From: Squalus acanthias
Taxonomy: Eukaryota
NCBI GenBank assembly: GCA_030390025.1
Contig: CM059449.1
Coordinates: forward strand, 14,880,001-14,944,000
Reading direction: 5' to 3'
DNA length: 64,000 nucleotides
Part shown: piece after piece, positions 24,040 through 37,582 of the stretch
Layout of the letters: each line of letters starts with the position of its first letter
Position numbering within the stretch: the first letter of the stretch is position 1
Translations under genes and position numbers: made by a program
Notes under the pieces: model-generated
The model's database searches: none
What the model saw: the letters and a program-made list of their open reading frames with translations, nothing else
Told to the model about the DNA's origin: nothing

Positions 24040-24660
24040 TACATAAGAAGATAAGAAATAGGAGCAGGAGTAGGCCATTTGGCCCTTCGAGCCTGCTCCG
24101 CCATTCAATAAGATCATGACCGATCTTCTACCTCATCTCCACTTTCCTGCACTATCCCCATATCCCTTGATTCCCTTAATATTCAAAAATCTATCGATCT
24201 CTTCTTGAATATACTCAACGACTGAGCCTCCACAGCCCTCTGGGGTAGAGAATTCCAAAGATTCACCACCCTCTGAGTGAAGAAATTTCTCCTCATCTCA
24301 GTCCTAAATGGCCGAACCCTTATTCTGAGACTGTGACCCCTGGTTCTATACTCCCCAGCCAGGGGAAACATCTTCCCTACATCTACTCTGTCAAGCCCTG
24401 TAAGAATTTTGTATGTTTCAATGAGATCACCTCTCATTCTTCTAAGGTCTAGAGAATATAGGCCTAGTCTACTCAATCTCTCCTCATAGGACAATCCCCC
24501 CATCCCAGGAATCAGTCTGGTGAACCTTCGTTGCACTCCCTCTATGGCAAGTATATCCTACCTTAGGTAAGGAGACCAAAACTGTACACAATACTCCAGG
24601 TGTGCTCTCACCAAAGCCCTATATAATTGCAGTAAGACGTCTTTACTCTTATACTCAAAT
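24040..24660 (-). mobile_element. CR1 LINE 3' fragment
   Basis: Minus ORF 24183-24536 QRRFTRLIPGMGGLSYEERL. Confidence 0.85.
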
Positions 24661-26685
24661 GCCATCATCCTAGATAAAGATACTTCATCCAAGAATAGTC
24701 TTCAGACTCAGATTGGACGAACTGAGGATCAATGACCGAGAGCGACTGATGCAGCAACTATCTTTTTGGATTGTAGTTTCTTAATATCCAAATTTATATC
24801 TGTCTACTTTAAGGTTTCGAAAAAAGGAAGAAACATTAGTGGGAAAGAAATCCGCTAATGAGTGTTTACAGAGATGCTCCGAATTTAAAAACGTCATTGC
24901 AGGAACAAAAGAACGTATTAGTCAAATGGGGTCATTTTATCCAACTCGCCGGGCAGGAATTCCACGGGAACAGGCGGAACACCATGGAGTAAAATCGGGC
25001 TGGAGTGTAAAAGCGGCGTTGCATCCGACACTGTCAGTGGGGTGGGTTAGTTTAAAACTGCCACTCTCAAAAATAAATGCGCAAAAACTGATTTTGGGTT
25101 TATCTGTGTGTGTGTGTGCACGAGACAGCGAGAGAGAGGGTCACTAAGTCAGGCCGGAGTTAACCCCCAAACAGTTGCTATCACCTTAAATGCAATGTGA
25201 TTTCTCACTTAGCTGCAGCATTTGTTATTTTAATTGCTGATGGCGTAAACAAATACAGTGACAACAATCCAACAAAGTATATGTATGACGCTGGATTCGT
25301 TGTGGATCATAGGAAGCCGTGGCCTATGGCGCGCTGATAATGACGCATAAGTTCGTGGTGTTTCATATATGTGGATATATTCAATAGTAACTTTCAAAAG
25401 GGAATTGGATAAATACTTGAAGGGGATAAAAATTGCAGGGAGATGAGGAAAGAGCGGGGGAGTGGGACTAACGGGATTGCTCTATCAAAGAGTCGGAGTA
25501 GAATAGATGGGCCGAATGGTCTCCTTCTGTGCTGTGCTGAGCTGTGCTGTTCTATGATTCTATATATTTTCATCTGTTGCTGCAGGATATTGTAGCACAT
25601 ATCACGGTGCAATGCCATCCACACACGAATCGCCTTTTTTTAAAAACAGTAACACGATGGTGTGCCTTAACTTTCGTTCTTTGTTTCTTTTCTTCTTTCC
25701 CCTTTTTCCTTTTCTATCTCTCTCCCACATACATGCGCTCTTAACCTGTTTTCTTGATTTCTTAGTGAGAGAGTAGGTTGCGCATGGTAGTGTTTATGTC
25801 TCAGTGATACAACATGATCCTTATTCTACTGAAGGTGATTTTTCCAGGGAATCCAATCCCACAAAACAATCCGATGTGTCGTTCCACGTGGCTGGCTTTA
25901 CATGACAGCCAAGTCTCCGTTGTTTGTGCGCAACGATGGGAAACGGGGTTTGGGGGTGGGGTGGGACAGTGGCTGTTGGAAGTCTCCAGTAGTATTTGAT
26001 TCACCTTTTTGGGAGTTTTTTTTGGAGTTGATGGACATGGGTCTGTGTTATTGATACCCGTTCCCGGGTCTGAGACGAATGAGAAGTATTGGAGTTCCAT
26101 GTGCTTGGGCAACTCCTACACCTTCCACTAATGAGCCAAGCTGTCAGGCCAATAATGAACAATGCCCTCGAGTACTGCCGACCTTGCCTGGCCCAGGAAA
26201 TGAAAACTGAGTCTGCTACACAAGATTGTCTCCGTTTTGATCTCCCGTACCAGACATGTAATTTTGGGGCCACCTCGATGACAAAGCAAACCCGCTCACC
26301 GACCCCTCCAAGGACAATGGTGACCAATTGATCCAAGGAATGAACGAGTTAAAGTAGGAACAATGTGATGAGTCTTTGATATCAATGCAACCAGGAGGCA
26401 GGATGTAAACCTTCATTTCTCCATTGCTGAATATATTCTGTTATTCTGCGCGAGTGAATAAGTTCGACTTGATTACCATCGCGCTTCTTTGTAACAAACA
26501 ATGCTTGTTTCGTTATGATGAATGAAAAGGGACAATGACCTCCAATAAAAATGTGAATATTGATTTCTTTATAACTGCGATCCAGATGCACATTTGGACA
26601 AGGCTCAGTCCTAGGTTTGCCCTAATATTATGGCAATACCACCCATCGCCTGATGCTATTACGGGAGAATGAAGGATACAGGAAT

Positions 26686-27404
26686 TTTTTTAATTATTCG
26701 TTTATGGGATGTCGGCGTTGCTGGCAAGGCCGGCATTTATTGCCCATCCCTAATTGCCCTTGAGAAGGTGGTGGTGAGCCGCCTTCTTGAACCGCTGCAG
26801 TCCGTGTGGTGAAGGTACTCCGACAGTGCTGTTAGGGAGGGAGTTCCAGGATTTTGACCCAGCGACGATGAAGGATCGGCGATATACTTCTAAGTCAGGA
26901 TGGTGTGTGACTTGGAGGGGAACTTGGAGGTGGTGGTGTTTCCATGCGCCTGCTGACCTTGTCCTTCTAGGTGGAAGAGGTCGTGGGTTTGGGAGGTGCT
27001 GCTGAAGAAGCCTTGGCGAGTTGCTGCAGTGCATCTTGTAGATGGTACACACTGCAGCCACGGTACGCCGGTGGTGGAGGGAGTGAATGTTTAAGATGGT
27101 GGATGGGGTGCCAATCAAGTGGGCTGCTTTGTCCTGGATGGTGTCGAGCTTCTTGAGTGTTATTGGAGCTACACTCATCCAGGCAAGTGGAGAGTATTCC
27201 TTCACATTCCTTACTTGTGCCTTGTAGATGGTGGAAGGGCTTTGGGGAGTCAGGAGGTGAGACACTCGCCGCAGAATACGTAGCCTCTGACCTGCTCTTG
27301 TTGCCACAGTATTTATGTGGCTGGTCCAGTTAAGTTTCTGGTCAATGGTGTCCCCCCGCATGTTGATGGTGGGGGATTCGGCGATGGTAATGCCGTTGAA
27401 TGTC
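26686..27404 (-). mobile_element. 3' fragment of the second non-LTR family
   Basis: Minus ORF 26750-27406 is homologous to 54699-55550. Confidence 0.85.
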
Positions 27405-27859
27405 ACATATGTGACAGCTACTCAATAGGAATTTGTGAATGGTGAAATGTTCTACAGGTTTCGACTACAGAATACGTTTTGTGTCCTATATTTCCCCACC
27501 AATCGGTCTCGTATACCGCATTGACCTTTAGTACCCAGTATCCCATTCGCTTTTTACGGCCTTATCAGCTTGTGGTGTTTTTTTAATCTCTTGTGAACGT
27601 GAAGTCCAACTCGCTTTGCTCTTCCACATTATCCAGTTTTCCCGCATTCGAAGTAAAACTGGCGGGGTTACCGCCGCTAGGGGCTAATCACAACAACCTC
27701 CTTCCGGTCCCACTCACCCCACCCACCACTGTCCCCTTGGACTTTGTCAGTGGATCCATAATCACCGCCCCACTCTGCATTTACCTCTGCAATGTCCCTT
27801 CAGTGGCAAAGATGTCTGTTAACATCCACAACCTTATCCTACATGGTAAGGTAGACTAT

Positions 27860-29625
27860 AGTGGGGTCATGGTTATGTTTTGGGACTAGTAATAGGAACA
27901 AGAGTAGGCCTTTCTGCCCCTCCAGCCTGTTCCGCCATACAATTATTCGTGGCTGATCTGCAGCTTAACACCATCCACCACCTTGGTTCCATAACAAAAA
28001 TCTATCAATCTCAGTATTGAAACTTACAATTGACCCCCAGCCTCAACAGCTTTTTGAGGGAGAGAGTTCTAGATTTCCACTACCCTTTGTGTGAAGAAGT
28101 GCTTCCTCACATCACCCCTGAACGGCCTATGCCCCCTTGTTCTGGACTCCCCCCCACCATATGAAAAAGCTTCTCCCTATCTACCCTATCAAATACTTCA
28201 TTTTAAACACTTCAATTAGACCACCCCTTAATCGTCTGCACTCAAAGGAATACAAGCCTAGCCTATGCAACCTGTCCTCATAATTTAATGGAGCGAGTTT
28301 GAGAATTTAAAAATTCTGAATGAAAAATGGTATCAGTAAAAGTGACATTTAAACTGACAGATTAAAGTAAAAACCCAAGTGTTTCATTAATGCCCTTTGG
28401 GAAAGGAATCCTGCCGTCCTTATCCAGTGTCTGGTCTATATTTTCTTTTATTATTCGTTTGTGCGATGTGGGCGTCGCTGACAAGGCCAGTATTTATTGC
28501 CCATCCCTAATTGCCCTTGAGAAAGTGGTGGTGAGCTGCCTTCTTGAACCGCTGCAGTCCGTGTGGTGTGTGACCTGGAGGGGAACTTGGAGGTGGTGGT
28601 GTTCCCATGCGCCTGCTGCGATTCCAGTTCCACACCAACGTGCTTGATGTTAACTGCCCTCTGAAGTGATCTAGCAAGCCATTCAGTTGCATCACCATCT
28701 TCTCAGGACCACTAAGAATGGGCAATAAATGCCAGTCTTGCCAGCGATGCCCACATCCTGAGAATTATACCAAACATTGCATTGACATTATGGCTTTGAT
28801 GGAAATTTGGCTCTCAGGTGGTGACACCTTTCTCTTTGCTGAAGTCTCCCCACCTGGCTAAGAACCCAAGACCTAGGAGCAGGAGTAGGCCATACAGATC
28901 TTCGAGCCTGCTCCGCCATTCAATAAGATCATGGCTAATCTTCGACCTCAACTCCACTTTCCTGATCCCCATATCGGATGAAAGGTCATCAACCTGAAAC
29001 GTGAACTCTATTTCTCTCTCCACAGATGCTACCTGACCTTTTAAAAAATTTATTCGCTCATGTGATGTGGCCGTCGCTAGCAAGGAGAAATGATGGTGAG
29101 CCACCTTCTTGAATTGTTGTTCTTTATAGTGATTTGGTACAACTGAGTGGCATTTCAGAGGGCAGTTAAGAGTCTAGTGAGAGGGGGTCTGTGGGTCTGG
29201 AGTCACATATAGGCCAGATCAGGTAAGGACGGCAGATTTCCTTTCCTAAAGGACATTAGTGAGCCAGATGTTTTTTTTACGACAATCAGATAGTTCCATG
29301 GTCACCATGACTGATACTAGCTTTTTATTACAGATTTATTTAATTAACTGAATTTAAATTTCCCAGCTGCCTTGGTGGGATTTGAACCACATCATTAGTC
29401 CAAGCCTCTGGATTACTGGTACAGTAACCTAACATCTATGCTACAATTCTGGTCGTATTTCCAGCATTTTCTGTTTTTACTCCGTATCCATTGATTCCCT
29501 TAGAATCCAAAAAGCTATCTATCTCAGCCTTGAATATACTCAACGACTGAGCATCCACAGCCCCCTGGGGCAGTGAATTCTAAAGATTCACAACCCTCTG
29601 AGTCCAGGAATTTCTTCTCATCTTT
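27860..29625. mobile_element. Nested patchwork of CR1 3' ends, tRNA-headed SINE pieces and a PLE pseudo-LTR remnant
   Basis: CR1 ends (27892-28288, 28876-28975, 29482-29625, - strand); SINE bodies (28289-28765, 29047-29447); aaggtcatcaacctgaaacgt..cacagatgct at about 28980-29040 matches the 39797 element. Confidence 0.6.
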
Positions 29626-29959
29626 CCATCATCTGCCCCATCCTAATTGCTATGGTGGAGGGAAGGCCCTTATCGCCACATTATACCTTGATCTGTCCCC
29701 CTACTCCTCTGGTACCTACTCCTTCGAGCACCTCACCTTAGTTCGCCCCTCTCACCAGTCCTTTAAAGCCTTCTTTATCGACCGTCCCCATGCACAAACG
29801 GAGTTTCTCACCAATCTATTCCCCCTCCTTACCTCTCTCAGTCTCTGCACTGAGTGACTCCACGTGATCCAACTTCCATTACAATCCCATCTGAACTCCA
29901 TCTGAACCCTCTGCCCTCTACTTTCACTGCATTGTTGCCCCTCTGTTTGAATTGCTTCA

Positions 29960-31185
29960 ATCAGATTTCTGCCCCCGCCAAAGAATTGAAACAGGCCTAA
30001 TCAAACTCGCAAATGCCATGCACCGTGACTGTGACCAGAGTGCACCATTCCTTCTCATTCTTCTCGACTTCTGCAGCATTGGACACGGTTGATCTCACCA
30101 ACCTGCTCCAACATCGCTTCTCTGTTGTTCAGCACAGTGGAATGGCCCTCGCTTGGCTCCCCCTTACAATATTAGCTAGATTATCTCCAGCAATGGCCTG
30201 TCTTCCCGCCTCTGCACTGTTGCCTCTGGAATCCCCCAAGGATCTATCCGTGGCCCCATGATCTTCCCCATCTATATACTACACTTCAGTGACATAATCC
30301 AGAGACATGACTTCAGGTTCCACATGTACGCCGATGACATCCACCTCTACCTAACCACTGACTCTGTGTTGTCACACTGCTTGTCCAACATTTGATTCTG
30401 AATGAGGCATACGTTCCTCCAGTTAAACATTGGGAAGACCAAAGCCATCATATGCGGCCTCAGCTACAAACTCAAGCTTTTCAACAATTCAATCCCCCTC
30501 CCCAATTACTGTCTCAGGTTTAACCAGACTGTTCGCAACCTTGGTATCCTATTTTACTTAATCTGAGCATCCGACCCCATATCCTCTCCATTACAAAGAC
30601 CGCCTACTTCCACCTCCGTAACATCAGCCAGCTCCACCTCTGCCTCAGCTCATCTGCTGCTGAAACCCTCATCAACGCCTTTGTCATTACTAGATTCAAC
30701 TATTCCAATGATCTCCTGGCCGACGTCCCATCCTCCACCCTCCACAAACTTGAACTCATCCAAAACTCTGCTGCCTGTATCCTAACCCACACCAAGACTT
30801 GCTCACCCCTGCACTCGCTGACCCACATTGGCACCCCGTACAGCAATGCCTTGAATTTATATGTCTCTTAATTGTGTTAAAATTCCTTCAAAGCCTTGTC
30901 CCTTTTTATCTTTGTAATCTCTTTCAGCCCAACAAGCCTCCGAGAACTGTGTTCCTCAAATTGTGACCTCTTAAGCATCCCGCACTCCCTTCGCCCCACC
31001 AGTGACAGTCATGCCTTCAGCCACCTCGGCCCTCTGTACTACAATTTCTTCCCTAAACCTCTATGCCTCTCCACCCCTCTCCTCTTTTAAAATCCTCCTT
31101 AAAACACACCTCTTTTACCAAGCTGTTAGTCACCCCTCTAATATCTCCTGCTTATAATCAGCGTTGATTTTTGTCTGATTTTTTA
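29960..31185 (+). mobile_element. Degenerate L2-type LINE fragment
   Basis: Homologous to 20689-21597; HMYADD remnant (cacatgtacgccgatgac, 30321-30338), catccaaaactctgctgcc. Confidence 0.75.
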
Positions 31186-31188
31186 AAA

Positions 31189-31623
31189 ATTCGTTCTTGG
31201 GATGTGGGCGTCGCTGGCAAGGGCAGCATTTATGGTCAATCCCTAATTGCCCTTGAGAAGGTGGTGGTGAGCCGCCTTCTTAAACCACTGCAGTCCTTGT
31301 GGTAAAGGTACACCCACAGTGCTCTTAGGCGGTTGTGTACAACGGAGTGGCTTGCTAGGCCATTTCAGAGGGCAGTTAAGAGTCAACCCCATTGCTGTGG
31401 GTCTGGAGTCACATATAGGCCAGACCAGGTGAGGATGGCAGATTTCCTACCCTAAAGGACATAAGTGGCCCAGATGGGTTTTTACGACAATCCGATAGTT
31501 TCATGGCCACCATTAACTGATACTAGATTTTTTATTCCAGATTTATTTAATTAACTGACTTTAAATTCCCCAGCTGCCTCTGGATTACTAGTCCAGTAAC
31601 ATAACCACTATGCTACCGTTCCC
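31189..31623 (-). mobile_element. tRNA-headed SINE whose 3' tail is shared with the second LINE family (other copies about 29047-29447, 53129-53483, 55616-55847, 58662-59066)
   Basis: Reverse strand starts ggtagcatagtggttatgttactggactagtaatcc (A-box-like); B-box-like gagttcaaattcc at 53379-53391; ends in the same aagaaggcggctcaccaccaccttctcaagggcaattaggg tail as the LINE. Confidence 0.7.
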
Positions 31624-31657
31624 GAGAGAACTGACAGTACTGAAAACTGCCTAGCGT

Positions 31658-32190
31658 CTCCTTACCTAAGGATGGATATACCTGCCATAGAGGGAGTGCA
31701 ACGAAGGTTCACCAGACTAATTCCTGGGATGGGGAGATTGTCCTATGAGGAGAGATTGAGTAGACTAGGCCCATATTCTCTGGAGTTTAGCAGAATGAGA
31801 GGTGATCTCATTGAAACAAACAACATTCTTACAGGGCTTGACAGGGTAGATGCAGGGAGGATGTTTCCCCTGGCTGGGGAGTCTAGAACCAGTGGTCACA
31901 ATCTCAGAATAAGAGGTCGGCCAATTAGGACTGAGATGAGGAGAAACTTCTTCACTCAGAGGGTGGTGAATCTTTTGAATTCTCTACCTCAGAGGGCTGT
32001 GGAGGCTCAGTCGTTGAGTATATTCAAGACAGAGATCGATAGATTTTTGAATGTTAAGGGAATCAAGGGATATGGGGATAGTGCAGGAAAGTGGAGATGA
32101 GGTAGAAGATCAACCAGGATCTTATTGAATGGCGGAGCAGGCTCGCGGGGCCGAATGGTCTACTCCTGCTCCTATTTCTTATATTCTTAT
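31658..32190 (+). mobile_element. CR1 LINE 3' fragment
   Basis: ORF 31672-32100. Confidence 0.85.
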
Positions 32191-33617
32191 GAGTGCAGGA
32201 CAAGGCATTGTTAGTCCATCTGATAGAAGGCAAGTCGGGATTGCTGCCAGATGCACTTCACACAAAGAGTGATTAATACCTGGAATGATCTTCCTGATAG
32301 AGCGGTGGAGGCAACAATTATAAAGTCATTTATGAGGCAGGTAGTTGCGGGTTTCCAGTAGTGAAGAACTCGATGGCCCGAATGCCTACTCTCACCGAAC
32401 CTAGCATAATTTGTGGAAATTGAACATTTCTGAATTTCGCTGCAGATAACGTACTACCACGGAAAGAGTTAAGGTTAAACGAAACTGCTCTCTTCCTTAT
32501 TGCGTTGTCATGAATAAAATGTGTACAGTATATTCACAGCATTTCATACTTTCCCATTTATCTGTATTAGTGATATCATCATGTATTATTGGAAGGATAG
32601 TTCAACAGTGCTCTATAGACATAAAGGGTGTTTGACATAAGCACGTCCTCGTCAATGGATCAATTAATCCTGTCCCAGCGCCTCGCAGAGTAACCTATTT
32701 ACGTAAAGGCGGTTTTTCTGTCCTCCTGTCGGCTATGCGTTAGGATACAAATATCACTCTTAAAATACTGCTTCGGCCTTCAGTCTGCAGCGTTTTATAT
32801 ATAACCTTTCGTTTTCGCATTAAGCATAACGTTCCAGACTTGCATCCGGCAGTTTGCGGAACTGTATAGAGACTGAGGTCAGTCCTACTCGAGGACTTTG
32901 CACGTAGCTTTCTGGCTCTGTCGCAACCCTTGCAAGCAACCGGCCAGCAAAGAAAACACGGGCCGCTGATAATTGGGATTGCGTTTCAACACAATCGGCT
33001 GCGGGTTTGAAAGTTTAAAGGACAGCCTTGAAATATAACATGAGAACGCCTCACTTGCTTGAGCATTTGCGATTTGGTTTTGCGATGCTCTGTGTCATAG
33101 TTTCATGCAACAGTTAAATAGGTTTATATATTTTACATGGATTCGTTCCGTCTTTGCAATAATAGCCAGAGGAATTCTAACCAAACGCCTGAAGCTTTCG
33201 CAGGCCAACATTGCATGAAGCCATGAAATTACTTCTTGAGCTAGCAACACATTAAAGCGTCTCTTCCGACATTTCTTCCACCATTATTTGAGCGGAGTAA
33301 ACGTAATCTCCGAGAAAGTAGCAGTGGGGAATTTCCGGAACATGTTAACTGTTTGCACAGCAGTGTCCCACGAGGCAATTTCAGAGCAAGGGTAATTTCA
33401 AGTCTCAAATTAAGTCCTAAGGCCATTCCCTTTGGCGACTGAGAAACATAATTGGGATACAGCAGCACAGGGCCATGAATGGGAAATATACATCAACGCC
33501 CTTCCCATAATATTAACCACAATTCGAGCAATTTGTCATTCTCAAAGTATACTATTACTACTGAACATGTGGGGACGAACCTATATCATTTCTCTCACAC
33601 TGGAGAACTACAAGAAA

Positions 33618-34267
33618 CAGGTTGCCATAAAAAAAGCAAACCAAGCACTAGAGTTTATTTCTAGAGGGATAGAATTGAAAAGTAGGGAAGTTATGCTAAA
33701 CCTGTATCGAACCTTGGTTAGACCACACTTGGAATACTGCGTACAGTTCTGGTCGCCATATTATAAAAAGGATATAGAGGCACCGGAGAGGGTGCAGAAA
33801 AGATTTACAATGAGGATATCAGAAATGCGAAGGTATACATATCAGGAAAGGATGAGCAGGCTGGGTCTCTTTTCTCTTGAAAAGAGAAGGCTGAGGGGTG
33901 ACCTAATAGAGGTCTTTAAAATGATGAAAGGTTTTGACAGAGTGTATACAGAGAGAATGTTTTCACTTGTGGGGAAGAGCTTAACTAGAGGCCATCAATA
34001 TAAGAAAATCACCAAGAAATCCAATAGGGAATTCAGAAGAAACCTCTTTACCCAAAGAGTGGGGAGAATGTGGAATTCACTACCACAGAGAGTGGTTGAA
34101 GCGAATAGTATAGATGCATTTAAGGGGAGGCTAGACAAGCATATGAGGGAAAAGGGATTTAGATGAGGACAGACGGGAGGAGGCTCGTGTGGAACAGTAA
34201 CGCCGGCATGGACTGGTTGGGCCGAATGCCTGTTTCTGTGCCGTATATCCTATGTAATCCTATGTAA
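33618..34267 (+). mobile_element. CR1 LINE 3' fragment
   Basis: [19 protein letters not shown] in ORF 33432-34166; tatgtaatcc tail. Confidence 0.85.
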
Positions 34268-35383
34268 ACTGATCGTTAATCCTTGCCTCATCTCCAGCCT
34301 CCAACTTTTCACACCCCATTGCAATCTTCCTGTTCTTTCCCTATTTCATTGATGCTAATATTGTCGCTATTGCCCCTTCACCTAACCTCCGTTGCTCCTC
34401 TTAACAATAAATTGCTCAATTCTGCACACCCCTCTTCCTCCCTGCAACCTCACCGTGTTGAAATCAAGACTAGTGTTCGGCGTTCTATTTTATCAGGATG
34501 CCAAATCTGCGAAACGCCTTATGAGTCAATTAAAAGTGTAAAATGGGAGGAGGGGCAAAACGGACGCCGGACCCGAACCCGAGCCATTCCCGTCGGGCAG
34601 TCTAAATTAAAATTAGGGCTGAAGGACCCCCCCCCCAAAAAAAATTAGCTAGACGCTTTGCGACCGTTTTACTTACTCACCTTTGCGTTCGCTCAATAAT
34701 TGTTCCATGACCACGTTTCCCTGTGCCTCTTACACAAGGTCTACCTGCAAAAGAAGTCTTCCGGTGCTTCGAGTCAACAGATGACAATAAACGAATTATG
34801 GAAATATGAACTAAAAAGAGCAAACATTGGAAATATACTGCAGTTCACTAAACATCTGAAAGAGAAAGACAGGACCGTGATTCTGGGATCGTTCATCGCT
34901 ACTGCTACAGTTTTGCATTAACATACTCCACTGACACCTGCTCACCGAGCCAAATGTAGAGTCAGAAATGTTGTTCAATAGGAAATAGGACAGGAGTAAA
35001 TTAGCGCGTTCAATGTATTGCAGATATGCAGAATAGATGTGGACTTTTCACCCCGTTACCTCATATCCTGCCGTGTATAACCTCACAGCGCATGTCCACA
35101 ATGGCATTACTGACCTGATTGTCCAAAAGCGTGTTATGTTACTACTCTACTGCAACAGTAATGAATTCAATCTGGATATGGGCCCTTACTTGCGGTAATG
35201 AGTTACTTTTTTAAAAGAAGATTGAGCGACGCGGAGAAATCCTGAAGTATAGTTCAAGTTTATTCAAGTTGCGCAACCCAATTTCAATGCTGAACAACTG
35301 TATCAACTGCGTCTTGAACAGAGACCACAGAGAGCAGAGTCTTCACACCCTGTGCACTTTGTCTACGAACGCATGATTTTAGA

Positions 35384-35483
35384 ATGTTAAGTTGTTCTCA
35401 TTCCGTAGTTGCACCGAGATGGGAGTTCGCCGCACTTTTAGTGCGTGTAATTATCTTGTAATGTACAATTTCAAATGTTATCT
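35384..35483 (+). pseudogene. Candidate leader exon of gene B containing an in-frame TAA
   Basis: ATG 35384; MLSCSHSVVAPRWEFAALLVRVIIL*CTISNVI then T|GTAAGT (phase 1, matches the V exon); hydrophobic core interrupted by TAA 35459-35461. Confidence 0.35.
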
Positions 35484-36156
35484 GTAAGTTTGAGAATGTG
35501 ACACAGTTTGCTAATGCTGATGGCAATAGGCTGAGTAACGATGCGGGCTCGCAACTGCAGCCTCCCCTGTTTTTTTTCAATGTTGATTTAATAGAAATAA
35601 CACTTTTACTACCACTTAATGAGTTTAATGTAGATAGATAGGCAAATGGGCAGTTAATTGGATACAAAGTTGGAGAGACATATCTATACATCGATTCATC
35701 CAGACATAAATAGTTGGCTAGGTATAACTGAAGCTATGAAGCATTGTGATGTATGTCGATACATAGCTATTAACGCAAATTCTGATCGCTGCTGATTTAA
35801 ATTTTTATTAAATATGTTCAGCTATAAGTTCCAGAACTGTTCAGTTGATGCAATCGTTTAGCTTCGAAAGCCTTCATCAATAAGCAATAGAACAGTGGAA
35901 GTGCCATAACCTACAAGGCTACCGACCAAGTGCTGGAAAGTGGGATTAGGCTGGATAGCTCTTTGTCCGCCGCCACGGACAAGATGGCCCAAATGGCCTC
36001 CTTCTGTACTGTAAATTTCTATGAGTCTATGATTCTATGAGAACAGTAGTTGGATTAAATAGCACAGTGACGAATAAAAGCATGTGCTCTCCCATTCTTC
36101 TTTACAACTAACAATGCGTAAATATAATGAAGGGTATTAGATGAAAGGTGTGAAAA

Positions 36157-36560
36157 ATAGAAGGTTAAGGGGTGATTCGATCGAAGATTTCAAGATATTA
36201 AGGGGAACAGATAATGTAGATAAAGATAAACTATTTCCGCCGGTTGGGGTGTCTAGGACTAGGGGGCATCGTCTAAAAATTAGAGCCAGACCTTTCAGGA
36301 GTGAAATTAGGAATCACTTCTAAACACAAAGGGTGGTAGAAGTTTGTAATTCTGTTCCGCAAATGGCAATTGATGCTGGGTCAATTGTTAATTTTAAATC
36401 GGAGATTGATAGCTTTCTGTTAACCAACGGTACTAAGGGATATGGGCCAAAGGCGGGTATATGGAGTTAGGTCGTAGATCAACCATGATCTCAATGAATG
36501 GCGGAACAGGCTCGAGGGGCTGAATGGCCTACTCCTGTTCCTGTGTTCCTATGTTCCTAT
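36157..36560 (+). mobile_element. CR1 LINE 3' fragment (further short 3' ends flank it)
   Basis: RRLRGDSIEDFKIL...RGHRLKIR; cctatgtt tail. Confidence 0.8.
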
Positions 36561-36921
36561 GTGTGGGAGAATGCTCATATGGAGCATAAAAGCGGGCTAG
36601 ACTAGTTGGGCCGATAGGTCAGTTTCTGTGCTGAAGGCTCTATGCAACTCTATGTGACTATGTAAATCAACTAATAGCACCTCTATTCTATCATTTTTGC
36701 GTTGACGGCATGCAGTTCTCAGCAACGCAATGAGATGCAATTGATAGCAAGACTATGAGTTATTGCGCTCTACAGTATAACGGATCGAGCAGTGTCACTT
36801 TACTACCTTCAGCGTCATTTAAATGCTGCACATATAGGTTTATCGAGCCATAAAATCTGCCTGGTTTCTATCATATGAACGGAAACATATTTTTAACCTC
36901 AAACCTTCTTCATTTACACAG

Positions 36922-37266
36922 TTACCACAGTTACTGCAGAAAATATCACAGTCATTCAAATCCCAATCTTCCTTAATGCAACGGAGGGACAAAAGGTGGA
37001 TTTGTTTTGTACGCATGCAGGTCCTTCAGGGGTCGGTGTGTACGCATGGCACAAGACCACTAAAGATGGATTGGAAGTCACCAATACAATTGAGGAATAC
37101 AGCGGGCGGGTGTCTCGGGCAAGTGCGGAAGATTTCAGAAAAATGAGGGACGCTTCCATTAATATCATCGATGTGAGACAGTACGATTCAGGGATCTATT
37201 ATTGCAAAGTGGAACTACTGGGATTCGAGAAATCCTATGGAGCAGGAACAACACTCAATGTAGCGC
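36922..37266 (+). CDS. NCR3-like: Gene B V exon: NKp30/NCR3-like Ig V-set domain
   Basis: catttacacAG acceptor, gcgc|GTGAGT donor, phase 1-1; ENITVIQIP..EGQKVDLFC..GVYAWHK..GLEVTNTIEEYSGRV..DASINIIDVRQYDSGIYYCKVELLG..YGAGTTLNV; aligns with human NKp30 (IRDVRGHDASIYVCRVEVLG). Confidence 0.88.
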
Positions 37267-37394
37267 GTGAGTGCATTTCTTTGCTTTTGTATTTAGGATT
37301 GAATTGCTGTATAAGAGGTACATGGATGTCCGTTTGTTACAAGTCAATATATGAAGGATTGTTTGTACACAGAGATGACAGCATTGATCAGAAA

Positions 37395-37582
37395 TCTCTC
37401 TCTCTCTCTCTATCTATCTATCTATTTATCTATCTATCTATCTCTGTCTCTCTAACTATCTCTCTCTAACTATCTCTCTCTCTCTATCTATCGGTCTGTC
37501 TGTCTGTCTGTCTGTCTCTATCTATCTATCTGTCTGTCTGTCTCTCTATCTCTCTATCTACCTATCTATATCGATATATACA
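37395..37582. repeat. Compound (TC)n/(TATC)n/(TGTC)n microsatellite
   Basis: Direct reading. Confidence 0.9.

Noticed and set aside
25814-26331. Short ORFs in unique sequence (25814-25999, 26089-26331)
   Set aside because: No recognisable domain or consistent splice structure
33040-33117. Leader-like ORF MRTPHLLEHLRFGFAMLCVIVSCNS*
   Set aside because: No convincing phase-1 donor
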